Virus record (IMG/VR): IMGVR_UViG_3300022932_000017
Location: 9,821-73,820 of that record
Length of the DNA: 64,000 nt
Origin: a virus
Reading direction: 5' to 3' (one strand)
Shown: one piece after another, positions 1 through 11,500 of the stretch
Layout: the number at the start of each line of letters is the position of its first letter
Numbering within the stretch: position 1 is the stretch's first letter
Notes under the pieces: generated by a model
Seen by the model: only the letters and a program-made list of their open reading frames with translations
The model's database searches: none
Told to the model about the DNA's origin: nothing
Made by a program: the position numbers and the translations under genes

Positions 1-20
1 AGGAATAATAGTTTTTTCAT
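1..20 (-). CDS. 5' end of a gene running off the window (MKKLLF..., signal-peptide-like start)
   Basis: ATG AAA AAA CTA TTA TTC on the minus strand, 9 nt after the stop of the upstream gene; only 6 codons visible. Confidence 0.45.
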
Positions 21-29
21 GATTGATTT

Positions 30-1550
30 TTATAAAGGTGATAAAGTCCCTTGTGAGGATGTAATTACAAAAGTATTTGCGGCAACAAGCCTAAGTGTTA
101 TCGTACAATACCTATCTGTACTGGAAATACTACCTCCGGACGATGTAGTGACACCTACTCCTTTAGCTGTATATCCGGCAGGGAAGTTTATACGCCAGCC
201 TCCTGCCCCCTCGCCCACAACTTGAATTAATGAACCTATTATTGTTGCACTTGGTGCTGTAATAGTTGTTAATGCTGCATTATGAGGGATATAAATCGTG
301 TTAGCGTTAGCTGTTTGGGTTGTTCCTGTAATTTCGACTACTTGAGTTAAATCACTTGTATATGCCACCGTACCACTAAAAGGTCTCCATGTTGCAGTAA
401 CGTCACTAGTAAATGATGGAGTAGCAAAACTAAGAGGGAAATTACTATTAGCGTTTAATAAAGCAAAATTACCATTATACTGCTGAATTGATAAGTCAGT
501 AGCGGTAGAGCCTGTATACGTACTGGCATTTGGCCCAAATATCCAAGAAAAAGAAGTCCTTTTTGGACTTGTTAAATTCTGATAGGTATCCTTTGTTAGA
601 AATTTACTTGAGTCTACAGCTATAGTAATAACCGGAGTTGTTGTTGGATTTGCTACACTAGCTGAAATACCATAGCCATTTACTCTTGAAACATTTGTTA
701 CAGTCCCCGTATTTGACGTATATCCATTAGGATTTGAGGCTAGATAATAAGTACTGTTATCATAACTTATTGTAGTTCCTGATGCCTTAACAAAGCCCGT
801 ACCGTTCAATTGAGGCTGTTTAGCTGTCCATGATGCTTGATCTGTAGTTGTTGGAATAGAATAACCAGATTGTAACGCTACTGCTAACGTTCCAGATGTC
901 GTAATAGGACTGCCTGTTACCGTTAAACCTGTAGGCGTTGTCATTGCCACACTAGTCACCGTCCCAGAGGAAGTAGCTGGCGTTGGTATATTTAAAGCGC
1001 CCGTACTTTGGTTAAACGTAGCTGCTCCTGAACCTGTAGTTGTTAGTGTTACTAAGTTTTGTTTTGACGCAATAGAGCTGACATTAGCACTTATCTGACC
1101 TTGTAGCTTTTGAAATGCACCTAAATAGGTGTCCGTAGCTGCAAGTGACGTATTTGCCCCAATAGCGTACCCTGTAAGCACGTAAAGCAAAGAACGAGCA
1201 TTTGTAGCATACAAGTTAGTTCCTTCGGGTACAGCCGTTGTGTTCAGTGTCTGGAATGTTTTATCACCTCTGTAGTACTGTGTAGTTGTTCCGGCAGCAA
1301 TTAAAGGATTATAAGTTGTAGTAGCTAACGTTTCAGTAAGCAAATTCTGCCATACCGTGCCATTATGAATTGCTAATTTAAATGTACTAGGTTGAAACCA
1401 TAGACCCCCGGAAACAGCAATACTTGGTGCGCTTGCTCCGTTAGGCGTATAGAGTCCATTAGCAAACCTAAATGGTGTATTATTAACTGACTGACCAAAT
1501 GATATAAAACTCCATATGGTAATTATATATATTAATGTTATTCTTTTCAT
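30..1550 (-). CDS. Tail fibre-like Thr/Ser-rich protein with predicted N-terminal signal peptide
   Basis: GTVTSVAMTTPTGLTVTGSPITTSGTLAV, TQYYRGDKT and VPEGTNLY segments typical of Bacteroidota phage fibre proteins; N-terminus MKRITLIYIITIWSFISFG|Q. Confidence 0.65.
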   Translation of the reverse strand: MKRITLIYIITIWSFISFGQSVNNTPFRFANGLYTPNGASAPSIAVSGGLWFQPSTFKLAIHNGTVWQNLLTETLATTTYNPLIAAGTTTQYYRGDKTFQTLNTTAVPEGTNLYATNARSLLYVLTGYAIGANTSLAATDTYLGAFQKLQGQISANVSSIASKQNLVTLTTTGSGAATFNQSTGALNIPTPATSSGTVTSVAMTTPTGLTVTGSPITTSGTLAVALQSGYSIPTTTDQASWTAKQPQLNGTGFVKASGTTISYDNSTYYLASNPNGYTSNTGTVTNVSRVNGYGISASVANPTTTPVITIAVDSSKFLTKDTYQNLTSPKRTSFSWIFGPNASTYTGSTATDLSIQQYNGNFALLNANSNFPLSFATPSFTSDVTATWRPFSGTVAYTSDLTQVVEITGTTQTANANTIYIPHNAALTTITAPSATIIGSLIQVVGEGAGGWRINFPAGYTAKGVGVTTSSGGSISSTDRYCTITLRLVAANTFVITSSQGTLSPL

Positions 1551-1553
1551 ATC

Positions 1554-4364
1554 CTATCCTATTTTTGATTTAATATTTCCTTCATACCTAAATCCCTCTC
1601 TATAATGGCCATTCGCGTTTAAATGATAACTGTCTGGTTGTCTTAATAAAGTTGTTTGAGCAGCATTATCCCAATCAAATGTTGCTTCGCTAATATTATC
1701 CACTATGTAAATGCCATGATTTCTACAAGCTATCTTTGCAGCGTCAAAATATGATTGATAACCTATAGTTTGAGGTCTTGGGTATATGCCTATCCAAATT
1801 ATTTTTATATCTGGAATTTGTGTTTGAATGTATTCAAGGCTATAATTCATAGCGCCATAAACCGTACTTTTATCAGTACTATTTTCTGTACCTATAGGTT
1901 TGCCTTGTGCCGCATCATTCGTTAAAATATCTATTATTAGATATTTTGTATCCAATGGTATATCCGCTAATCTATTAACCATAGGAATGCCAGAACCTCC
2001 AGTATTATCAGTTAGTAAATTACCATTTATACCTAAATTTAGATATGTCATACCATTTCTTTGCGCAATCTGATAACCATATACCTGATCGGCAGGTAAT
2101 CCATTTCCTTTACCCATAGAATCACTAATAACCACCAACTTTTGACCAAACATGGGATTAAAACCAGATGTATTTTGATATTCTCTTATAAAATCTATTA
2201 ATTGTAATTTGTTATAGTATATAGGTTTTTGAGCACACACATATCCAACACCTAACTGTCCATTATTGACAATTGACGTTACTAAAGACCCTGTGTTTTT
2301 CCCAGCTAATCGAGCTAACTGCTTACCTGTTTGCCCACTTCTATAGTAAAGAGAAGTGGATACATCTGACATGAATATTAAAAAATTACCAGCAGGGACA
2401 GGAATATTCACATTATAATCAAAAGTATTCGCTATTAAATTTAAACTGTACTCGGCTGTATATGTCAAAAAACTTGTACTCCCTATAAATGGATTTCTTG
2501 GATTTATTTCACCTACTACAATAGTCAGAATCGCATCTACCAAGGTTCTAATAGTCAACTGTTGAACTATCTCGTCCTCTTCAAAATACAACTCATTATC
2601 AGTCCAGTATTGATTCACAGCTACAAGAGAAGTAAAAGAGCTAGGAGTAATAGATCTAATATTTATCTCTGCATCGAGTGTTTTAGTTGTAATAGATATA
2701 TCTTCTAAAGTCTCAATTTTTGAGTCTATTTCTGATTCTGAAACAGTATTATCTTCTACTAAATCTATTAACATCTCCTTTTTTAGATATTCATTAGATT
2801 CAGCCACAGTCCATCCTATACCTAATTCGGAATTAGCAACAATTTGACTTATAACCGTACCTGTTCCACTTAAAAGACGAGCTATAGTCTTTCCTGTCAC
2901 TGGAACTCCATTCCTATACTTAAGTAATCCTGCTACAGTAGGCCTAAACAATAAAAATTGACCTGCACTTATGGGTATATTTACGGCATACTTGTTAACC
3001 CCATTAACACATGGCACAGTATATGTGCCAGTAAACACTGCTATAGAACTATTAACTACAAGTGGTAAAGGAGATATATTCGCAACATATACCATCAAAT
3101 CTCCTGAAACAGAAACTGGGATAGTTAATTCATTAATCACCCTTGTATTTTGAAATTGCATTAATGCACTAGTCCAAGTAACATTTACAGTGGCATTTAC
3201 GGTGTATAATTCTGGTATGATAACCCTATTATCTCCCTGACTGCTTGAGGCCGATAAAGTATCAACAGTTATTGCTTGTTGTTTGGTAACCAAAGAACTT
3301 GGTATAATTACAGGATCTCCACTCTGACTGTACAATACGCCTACATCCTCCGATGCTGATATACTTCTAGGAAAAGTATAAACACCAGTTCCCATATCAA
3401 ACTGTACTATCTTAGGAGTTTCACTATTAACAGATGCAGATATGGCGTATTCCTGCCCCCCTACAGTTACAAACTTAGGAAACTGCCCCACCGAGGTTGA
3501 ATCCGTAATAGTGTTTGTTCCATCAGCCACTAACCTTTTAAAAAGAGTTAGAGATTTATCAATATTTTGCTGTAAAATTGTCTCGGCAGATATAGCTCTA
3601 TTAGTCTCAATGTATATAGAATCACTTAAATTTTGATCTTCTACTTCTCTATTTGAAGATTCTAAATCTAATGCATCATTAACCTCATTAATAGCAGGAA
3701 CAACTTCTTTGGCCATTGTCTCTAAAGAAGCATCTTCGGATAATTGAATCGAGTATAATGGTTCTTCACCTGTTGCGTCAAATTTAAAAAATTTCAGTTT
3801 ATTATCTGAATCAATGCCTATACCCCATGTATCTCCGCTTTGCAATCTTCCTCTTGTAAGATATATAATAGGTGCATCGATATCATTATCTGTAACTGCT
3901 AATAAAGATCTTGAAATATTATCAGAAGCCATTGCTCCTTTATTACCTCCTGAAGCTACAAACCCCGGAGTAGAAACATTTGTAGCTGAAATATCACCAG
4001 TGAAATTCTGTCCAGATACAGCTGCTTTATCATCCAAAAGATCATTAGTCTGCTGTTGTGTATAATAATTTGATAGATCGGTCTCGATGAACTTTAAAAC
4101 TAAGTCTTCGTCTGTAAGGCTATTTGGATCTGGCCACCAATATTCTCTAGCTCCATCTTCATCAACTAATACAGCCCCTATAACGCCTTTTCTTTTGTTA
4201 GCAGTATCAAAGTAGCCTAATATCTCTGTAATTGAATTAAATGGTCTCTTTACGCCTGTAGTTTGATCATAGAACCAACTCTTAGCGGTATCTGGCTGTC
4301 CTGATGTAGCATACGGCTTATTAGAGCCTGTAAACATTGGATTTGATGGATTATACGTTGCCAT
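1554..4364 (-). CDS. Tail spike/fibre with C-terminal SGNH/GDSL esterase domain
   Basis: C-terminal blocks VISDSMG, GING, TND and DSYHLN; short coiled coil (ETNRAISAETILQQNID); tandem-duplicated beta-rich domain; lies in the tail module. Confidence 0.75.
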   Translation of the reverse strand: MATYNPSNPMFTGSNKPYATSGQPDTAKSWFYDQTTGVKRPFNSITEILGYFDTANKRKGVIGAVLVDEDGAREYWWPDPNSLTDEDLVLKFIETDLSNYYTQQQTNDLLDDKAAVSGQNFTGDISATNVSTPGFVASGGNKGAMASDNISRSLLAVTDNDIDAPIIYLTRGRLQSGDTWGIGIDSDNKLKFFKFDATGEEPLYSIQLSEDASLETMAKEVVPAINEVNDALDLESSNREVEDQNLSDSIYIETNRAISAETILQQNIDKSLTLFKRLVADGTNTITDSTSVGQFPKFVTVGGQEYAISASVNSETPKIVQFDMGTGVYTFPRSISASEDVGVLYSQSGDPVIIPSSLVTKQQAITVDTLSASSSQGDNRVIIPELYTVNATVNVTWTSALMQFQNTRVINELTIPVSVSGDLMVYVANISPLPLVVNSSIAVFTGTYTVPCVNGVNKYAVNIPISAGQFLLFRPTVAGLLKYRNGVPVTGKTIARLLSGTGTVISQIVANSELGIGWTVAESNEYLKKEMLIDLVEDNTVSESEIDSKIETLEDISITTKTLDAEINIRSITPSSFTSLVAVNQYWTDNELYFEEDEIVQQLTIRTLVDAILTIVVGEINPRNPFIGSTSFLTYTAEYSLNLIANTFDYNVNIPVPAGNFLIFMSDVSTSLYYRSGQTGKQLARLAGKNTGSLVTSIVNNGQLGVGYVCAQKPIYYNKLQLIDFIREYQNTSGFNPMFGQKLVVISDSMGKGNGLPADQVYGYQIAQRNGMTYLNLGINGNLLTDNTGGSGIPMVNRLADIPLDTKYLIIDILTNDAAQGKPIGTENSTDKSTVYGAMNYSLEYIQTQIPDIKIIWIGIYPRPQTIGYQSYFDAAKIACRNHGIYIVDNISEATFDWDNAAQTTLLRQPDSYHLNANGHYREGFRYEGNIKSKIG

Positions 4365-5217
4365 TTACTGATAATTTAAGTTTTCTATTATTTCCATCAA
4401 AGGTAAAAATCCCTGTTGAATTATATACCCCTCTTGAATTGACTATTATTCTGTCATTCATAATAAAATCAGTGCCTAACTCCCCTTGATTTAAAGCTGT
4501 GTTATACCAGAAAAACTTTTCAGGTTCAGATTGAGGTTCGCTAATCGATATATACACATCTCCTGTCAAGACCTCTAAAGGGAACTCCACTTCATAACTT
4601 GTAGCTCCTGCAACGATACTTTTAGAACCTTGATAAGCAAATGTAGCAGGGTTGATAGGGGAAGAACTATATCCGAATAATATTGTGATGTTGTTTGCTG
4701 TAACAGTAAGTTTAACTGTATCGCTCGCAGTTAGCCCATTACCATCTGTAACTGTAATCTTGAACTCGTATTGACCCAAAGGCATACCTCCAATAGTACC
4801 GCTTACTGTTAATTGAGAAGTGGTGGTTCCTGTCATTAGAACGCTACCACCACTTACTTTAGTCCACAAGTAAGATGTAATAGGTGCCGAACCTTGAGTA
4901 GCTACAGCGTTGAATACTGCACTCTGACTAGCTTGTTTTGTTTGGTCGGCTCCTGCGTTAACTGTCGGAGGATACTTGATAACAGCACTTCCAATAATTA
5001 ACAACATCTCTGTGTATAGTTTTTCTGTAATGTCACTAGGTACAGTCTCTACCGTAACTCTATAATTTAAGCTATCAATGATGTACGACAAGCAATCATA
5101 GTCTCTAGGTTTGCAACCACATCCGCTTTTAAGTTCTGCTACCCATTGATCTGTCAACACAAGGTAAACCCCTTCTGCCCGATCTAAATCCGTTATAATT
5201 TCTGCTATAGTACTCAT
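4351..5217 (-). CDS. Virion protein with PKD/Ig-like domain
   Basis: PPTVNAGADQT...ITSYLWTKVSG...YEFKITVTDGNGLTASDTVKLTV is a PKD-type signature. Confidence 0.7.
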   Translation of the reverse strand: MSTIAEIITDLDRAEGVYLVLTDQWVAELKSGCGCKPRDYDCLSYIIDSLNYRVTVETVPSDITEKLYTEMLLIIGSAVIKYPPTVNAGADQTKQASQSAVFNAVATQGSAPITSYLWTKVSGGSVLMTGTTTSQLTVSGTIGGMPLGQYEFKITVTDGNGLTASDTVKLTVTANNITILFGYSSSPINPATFAYQGSKSIVAGATSYEVEFPLEVLTGDVYISISEPQSEPEKFFWYNTALNQGELGTDFIMNDRIIVNSRGVYNSTGIFTFDGNNRKLKLSVNGNV

Positions 5218-5471
5218 TGTGAAGCGTAATTATATAAAGTGTAGTACGTAGCCTGAACATATGATTTATATCTAGGTTCATCACTAACTTTAGTCGCTAT
5301 ATCTGTAGCTCTCATTAGATTACTAGCGTCACTAAGAATATCCTTCATTCTGGCACTTGAACAGCAATGTTTTTGTTGTGATACAAGGTCACTAAACATA
5401 GCGTTGTTTTCGTTCTCTACATCCCCGTAATCCAAATTTGGGTCGGAAAAGTCTATTTTTGCGTATATCAT
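5214..5471 (-). CDS. Hypothetical protein (tail module)
   Basis: 85-aa ORF with its own promoter box; ATGA overlap with the next gene. Confidence 0.65.
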   Translation of the reverse strand: MIYAKIDFSDPNLDYGDVENENNAMFSDLVSQQKHCCSSARMKDILSDASNLMRATDIATKVSDEPRYKSYVQATYYTLYNYASQ

Positions 5472-5487
5472 AATTTTGTTTTTTTAC

Positions 5488-5495
5488 CAAAGGTA
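5488..5495 (-). promoter_or_regulatory. Bacteroidota sigma-A -7 box TACCTTTG
   Basis: Matches TAnnTTTG; just after a terminator and upstream of the fibre operon. Confidence 0.7.
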
Positions 5496-5508
5496 TTAGT
5501 TTTATCAT

Positions 5509-5536
5509 AAAAAAAGGTGCCGTTTCCGAACACCTT
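5509..5536 (-). terminator. Rho-independent terminator
   Basis: AAGGTG-TTCGGAAACGG-CACC followed by a T run, after the giant gene. Confidence 0.8.
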
Positions 5537-5541
5537 GTATA

Positions 5542-8500
5542 TCAGTCTTTCTCTTGAAGCCCTTTTCTAGTTTCCTCTATTTTCTGTTTGGCTTCTTTAA
5601 TCTTTTCCTTCCTTTCTGCATCACTAAGTGGTTTATCACTTTCAGCATCGGGAGTAAGACCTAAGTAGTTTACAAACCCATCCCTGTAGAAACTGTTCCA
5701 AAAGCTTTTAGTAGAATAGTCAGGAGAGATCTGCGGTTGTCCTGTAACGCCTCTATAAATATTTTGAACCTGTCTACCGAATCTATAAGGTATAATAGGT
5801 AAAGAGGTTTTACTTCCTAATACATCTCCGGCATATCCTCCTGCTTTCTTTAAATCTCCTTCTGTAGCTGCTTCAATACTTTTCACCACCTTAGCCCCAT
5901 CATCAAATGCTGCTACTTTCTGGTTTAGAATCTGTTGCATGAATTTACCCATCTTCTTGTCTTCTAAAGCAAGTAAGAAACTTAAAGCAGGAGGTGAAAT
6001 TACATTGAAGTACTTCTTAGCCCATTCGTTCTTTTTAAGCCAACCTGCGAGGTCTTTATCCTTTCCAGATGATATTGTCGCACCCGCAGCTAGTAAAGAG
6101 ACTGTAGCCCCTATAAATACTCTTCCAGCTGTACTCTTAGCTTTAGCTTCACTCATTAAAGCATACTCCATGTCCTTAATTCCTTTTTCAGTAGTCAAAT
6201 CAAGCTTTCTTCTCTTTACAAAGTTCTCTAAAGGACTCCAAGCATCAACTCCTGCTTTTTGAAGCGTAAGTGTAACCCAATTACTAGCACCACCGACAAA
6301 AGGATTTAGAATGTTCTTTGATAAGATTGAAGTGAACGTAAGCATTGCAGCCTCATTCCACCTTTTCTCTTTAATGGCATCTTTCAATTTACCTTCATTG
6401 TACGAGTTTAACAATCCTACAGTCCTAGAAGCAAAGTTATTCGCCTCATGCCCCATACCTAGACCTGCAACCGTATATCCTGCCCTGTAAGAAGCTTCAA
6501 TCTGATCTAAGGTTAACTTCTCTCCTACAACCAAAGCCTCCTTTACAATGTCCATAGCAAGCCTGTTCGTAAACTCTTTGTTCTCCGGCAGAGTCTTTTT
6601 ACCTGACAGCCTGTTTACCTTTTCAATAATCTCGTTAGCCGTTACAAGTGCATCACTAAACTTCTGTCCTGTAAGATTCTCCGATACATACTGCACCGCT
6701 TCATCCTGCCCCATACGCTTAGGGTTGTTCTTGTCTGTAAGCACCTTTATAAGGTTTCTAGTGAAGTACTTTTCAGTTAGGTTAGCTTTATTCAAACCAT
6801 CCATGCCCTCTAAATAGATACGTCCTAAGATGCCTGATACAACAGCATGATATTTTCTGCTTGTCGAAACATTGTTGATGTAGTTCTCTGTAGCACTTTT
6901 CACCAAGAACGGATTTGATATGTCTCCATAGTCTAGTCCGGCATTGTAGATAGCATCCTTTAACACATTTCTTCCGGCATCCCTTCGTTGTTTCTCTAAT
7001 GCCTTTGTATCGTTCTTTTCAAATGCAAACGTTAGTTTGTTAAACGTCCTTTCAATATATCCACTAAGCGTGTTATCTCCAAGCTGTTTTACTGTGGTTA
7101 AAATAGCACGTTGAGCCATACTCAAATACTCTTGAGTGATTTTAGCTGCTTTAAAAGCACCATTACTCTCATTCCAAGCTACCTTACTCAATAACTGCTC
7201 TATCTGGTGGTTAATTTGATTTACTGCACTATTTAGCCCAAACTCGTTAATCACCCTACCATCGCTTCTTGACTGATACAACTCTGATAAACTCTTAGCA
7301 AGTACTTTAGCTTGAAAGAATGCCTCCTGACCAATACCATTAAGTCCAATAGCATTATTCATCAGGTAATCATACGTATCACTGTTCTTCTCAAACAAAC
7401 CGTAGTTATACAATTCTGCTAATCTCTTTGCTGTAGTCTTAGTGTTTGTCTTAGGCTTCTCTGTATTGCGTGTTTCTAGCTCTTTTAAGCCCTTTTCTAT
7501 TACAGAGGCACGTAAGTCATTGTATTCCTTTTCAAAGCTGTCCTGTAGCCTGTCAATCTCTACATCAGAATAGCCTTTATCCTTTAAGACTTTAGCTACA
7601 TTTTCCTTCATCCGGTCAATACTACCTTCTTCTCCGGCTAGTTTCTTCCAATCTAAAGTTTGTGTTTTCTCTTTACGCTCCACCACATTGCCATTGGCAT
7701 CAGTCTCTTTACGTGTAACTGTAATCTCTCTGCCATAGCCCGACTCAATCAAGGCTTCTTTCACGAATATTTTAGGCGTAGGGTCTAATTGCTCAAGAAC
7801 TTCTAATGCAGCTTTCCTTTCTCCTTTTAACCTATTGATTTCAGGACTCTCTATTGGGTCTTTCTTCGCTTCACGTTCCGCTTTCTCCCCTTTAGCAATC
7901 TGATCGTTTAAACGTTCCAAGTCATTCTGCAATTTCTTTACTGCCGTAGCCTTCATACGCTCGTCTACAATCGCTTTACTCTCCGAAGTAAGGTATTTCA
8001 TCGCCTCACGTTTATAAGCGGATTCTTCGGCTTGTAATGACTGTAATTCAGGATCAGTTAATCTGCTGGTTGCTTTGAGTTCAACTTTCTTATCTGCTAT
8101 CTGCTGTTTAAGGTCTTCAATGCGCTTTCTGATGTTCTCTTTAGCATCAGCTAACTTTTCAGCATCACTCTTAACTTTACCTCGCTTAGTGCCGGATTCA
8201 GTATCAATGTTCTCTTCTTTGAAACCATCAAGCATATCCTTTCTAAAATCGTCTTCCTTAGCCCATTTCTTTTGAGTCTCCTTGATTTTATTTATACCAA
8301 GCTCAATAGCATCAGCAATGTTTACTCCGGCCTTTATAGCGGCTTTAATGGTAGTTATCCCTGCATCAATAATAGCAACCGGAACACCTATACTAGCATC
8401 GTAAGTTTTACTTCTAAGTTTCTTCTGAATCTTGTCTAGTGCCGCAATAGCTTTGTCTGCCGCTTCCCTACGCTTAGTAGGTAGTTTCTCGTAAAGACTG

Positions 8501-11500
8501 TTTACTTCCTTCTCTACTCCTTTAGCAATAGCATTTTCAATATCAGGACTCAACACATCTACAGCATCAGTTTCAATTGATTGTGCTTCCTTATTAATCG
8601 CATCAGGACTAGCTTCAATGCTTTTTTCAATAGTAGCTTTCTCTTGCCTTTGAGCGGAACTAAAAAACTCCTTGGTAATTTGACCCATATCATAAGCCGC
8701 TCGCGCAGCCTGTCTGAATCTACCATAACCAATAGCAATAGCAGCAGACCTTTGAAACTTAGTAGATATATCCCTTACATACTTTAATTGCTTGTTTACA
8801 GCTACTTCATTCTCTGGTTCTGCTAATATCCTTCTCTCAAGCTCATTCTCTAGGGATACAGTAATTAAACTTCGCTTATCTACAGGAAGCTTATTCTCTT
8901 CAACATACTCCATAAGTTTAGTGGCATATTCGTCACCAAACTCTTTTTTAGCATTTTGAACAATATCATCCCCATGCTGAAAATCAATAAGGCTGTCTTT
9001 CCGCTTGTACTCTTTCTCCGAAGCATCTAAAGTCCTTCCTGTCTCACGCTCTACGTTGTTTAAAGTATTACGGATTTCATCAGTCTCTAGGTTCTTATTA
9101 ACCAACTCAACAAACTTGTTGCTTACTTTTCCTTTGGCGGGTTCTGCTTGCTCTGTTTTACTTCCTGTATTTTCTTTTGCATTTGTTCCTCCGTCATTTC
9201 CGGTTGGTTGTATAGTTTCCGCAATAGGTTCAGCTTGTTGTTCGATTGCTCTTCTTTCATGTTCGATAAAATCATTTGTTGTTAATTCTTCGTTTTTAAA
9301 TTCATTTTCAAATTGTGTAGTCTCTTCCGTTGTTAAATTCTCTGCTTTAATCTTAGAGGCGCTATCTGCCAATACATCATCAAACCTAGTTTTAAGTTCA
9401 TCAAATTGTTTGGTAGTAATCTCTCCCTTACTCTTAGCCTCCGTAAGTCTTTTTAATGATGCCTCTGCTTTAAGCGTTTTATTAGCTACTTGTTTTAAGG
9501 CTTTAAGGTCATCCTCCGCTTTGTCTAAGACTTCTTTAGTTCTTTCCGGTGATACACTCTCTTGAGCCACATTCTCTTGTGCAGGTACAGGTTGTTCAAC
9601 TTCATTTGTGCCTTGTTTTAATTTTTGGTCATTTTCTAAATTAACAGGATTCCTTATTTCAGTTTCTTTAGGTTTATATTCCGTTACTAATATATCTCTT
9701 GATCTTCCACCATCAAATGCACCAACAATACCTTCTGACTCCATCTGATCCATTATCTCTTTCGCCCTCTCGTAGCTTATATTCAATTTTTTACTTAAAA
9801 CAGCTATAGAACTATCTTTAGATTCCACAACTGTTTTTGCTGCTTCATCAAATAATGGGTCTAGTGTTCTAGGCGTCTCTACAGCAGATGAAGGCTTATC
9901 CTGCACAACTTCATTTTCTTTTTCAAAATCATAAACTTTAACATTAATACTAGTTTTACCGCTCTGTATGTCATTAGCTATCCTATGATGCCCATCTAAC
10001 ACATAATATTTATCACCTTCTTTTAATAAAGCAACATCTTCTGTAGGATTATTTTGGTTTTTAGTTCCTCCTAATTTATCAGCTTGTAGCGATTCTTGAG
10101 TTGGCACTATATCATTAATATCAACTATCTGCTTCGATTCTTCATAACCTGAATTATCGCCCTCTTTTGACTTACTCCGTTGTTCTTTAATAAGTCTATT
10201 TGCTTTTAAAACCTTTTCACTAGTTGCTTGGCTTATTTTATTTTTAAAAATATTTTCAGAAGGTATTTTATTATCAACCTGTTTCTCTCTTACTGTAGTG
10301 TTACCGCCTACTTCTGTATTAATAACCTCTTGTGGAACTTCTGGCTTGCTTCTTTCAGTCTGTTCAAGATTGTATCTTTCCTCTGTAATTTCAACAGGTT
10401 TCTCTTTACCGATCTGTTTAGTGTAGGTTCCTTTCTCTTCATCAAAGCTATACTTGGTTTTAAGACCTGTAGCAAGCTCTCTAAGCTTATCATTAGACTG
10501 ATCGATCTTATTCTCTAAAGCAATCTCTTCGGGTAGTTTAATCTCTCCTAATGCAGGGTCGGTAGGAGTCTTCGTAGATTTAACATTATCCAAAGCTTCC
10601 TGCATCTCATTACGCCCTGTAATCAAATCCACTCCTTCATCAAATTGTTTAGGGGTAAATTGTTCCGGTAACTTAGACACAGCATCAGCAATAACCATAG
10701 CTTGCTTTTGAGTGTTTGCTATCTCTTCTGGTTTCCACCCTTGCTTAGCGCCTAACACACCAACATCTTCAATTACCTTGGCGACATTTTCAGGACTCCT
10801 GTCAGCTTTAACAGCATCAATAACCATATTCTTATACGGAGACTTGCTAAACATCATCCCTACATCTTGCCTCATGCCAAGACCCGCAAAGATTGGCGCA
10901 TCTTCCGTAAGTATCTTTCCAATCGTATCACTCATTTCTTGAGGACTTTGCGCCTGAAAGGCTTCCGACTCATTTACATCATTAGCTTTTTTCTTTAACT
11001 CATTATCCACATACGCTAGTGCCGTTAAATCAAGTGAGGTATTACGATAAGCCTTGGCGCCTTTATTTAAGAACTCTGGAATCTTCTTAGCAATACTCAC
11101 ACTTTGCTGTTTCATGGCATTAGCGATACTCTCTGCTGTAATAGCCTCTCCTGAATCAACCAAACCCTTCATAGCATTAACAGTAGCTTGTCCGGCTAAG
11201 TCGTCTCTAACCGCAGCAGGAAGCTTATTAAATAATACATGTGAGTTAAGCGCTTTCATCAACGTGTAATCAGTAATCATTTTGCCAACTCTATACAGGT
11301 CATCAGCACCATTCTTAAACTCTACACCATTCTTTTTAGCCTCACGAATCTCTTTATCTGCTGTTCCCGCTCCATTCATAGCGAAACTCATTCCCCCTGT
11401 AGCCTCTGCGCTAAGCATAGCAGGAACAAACTCTGCAAGTGAACCTACAGCCCTATCTACAGGAGTGAAGCCCCTAAAATTATCCTCAAGTCCCATAGAT

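Noticed and set aside
30-5217. Diversity-generating retroelement acting on the fibres
   Set aside because: No reverse transcriptase and no adenine-specific repeat pair noticed
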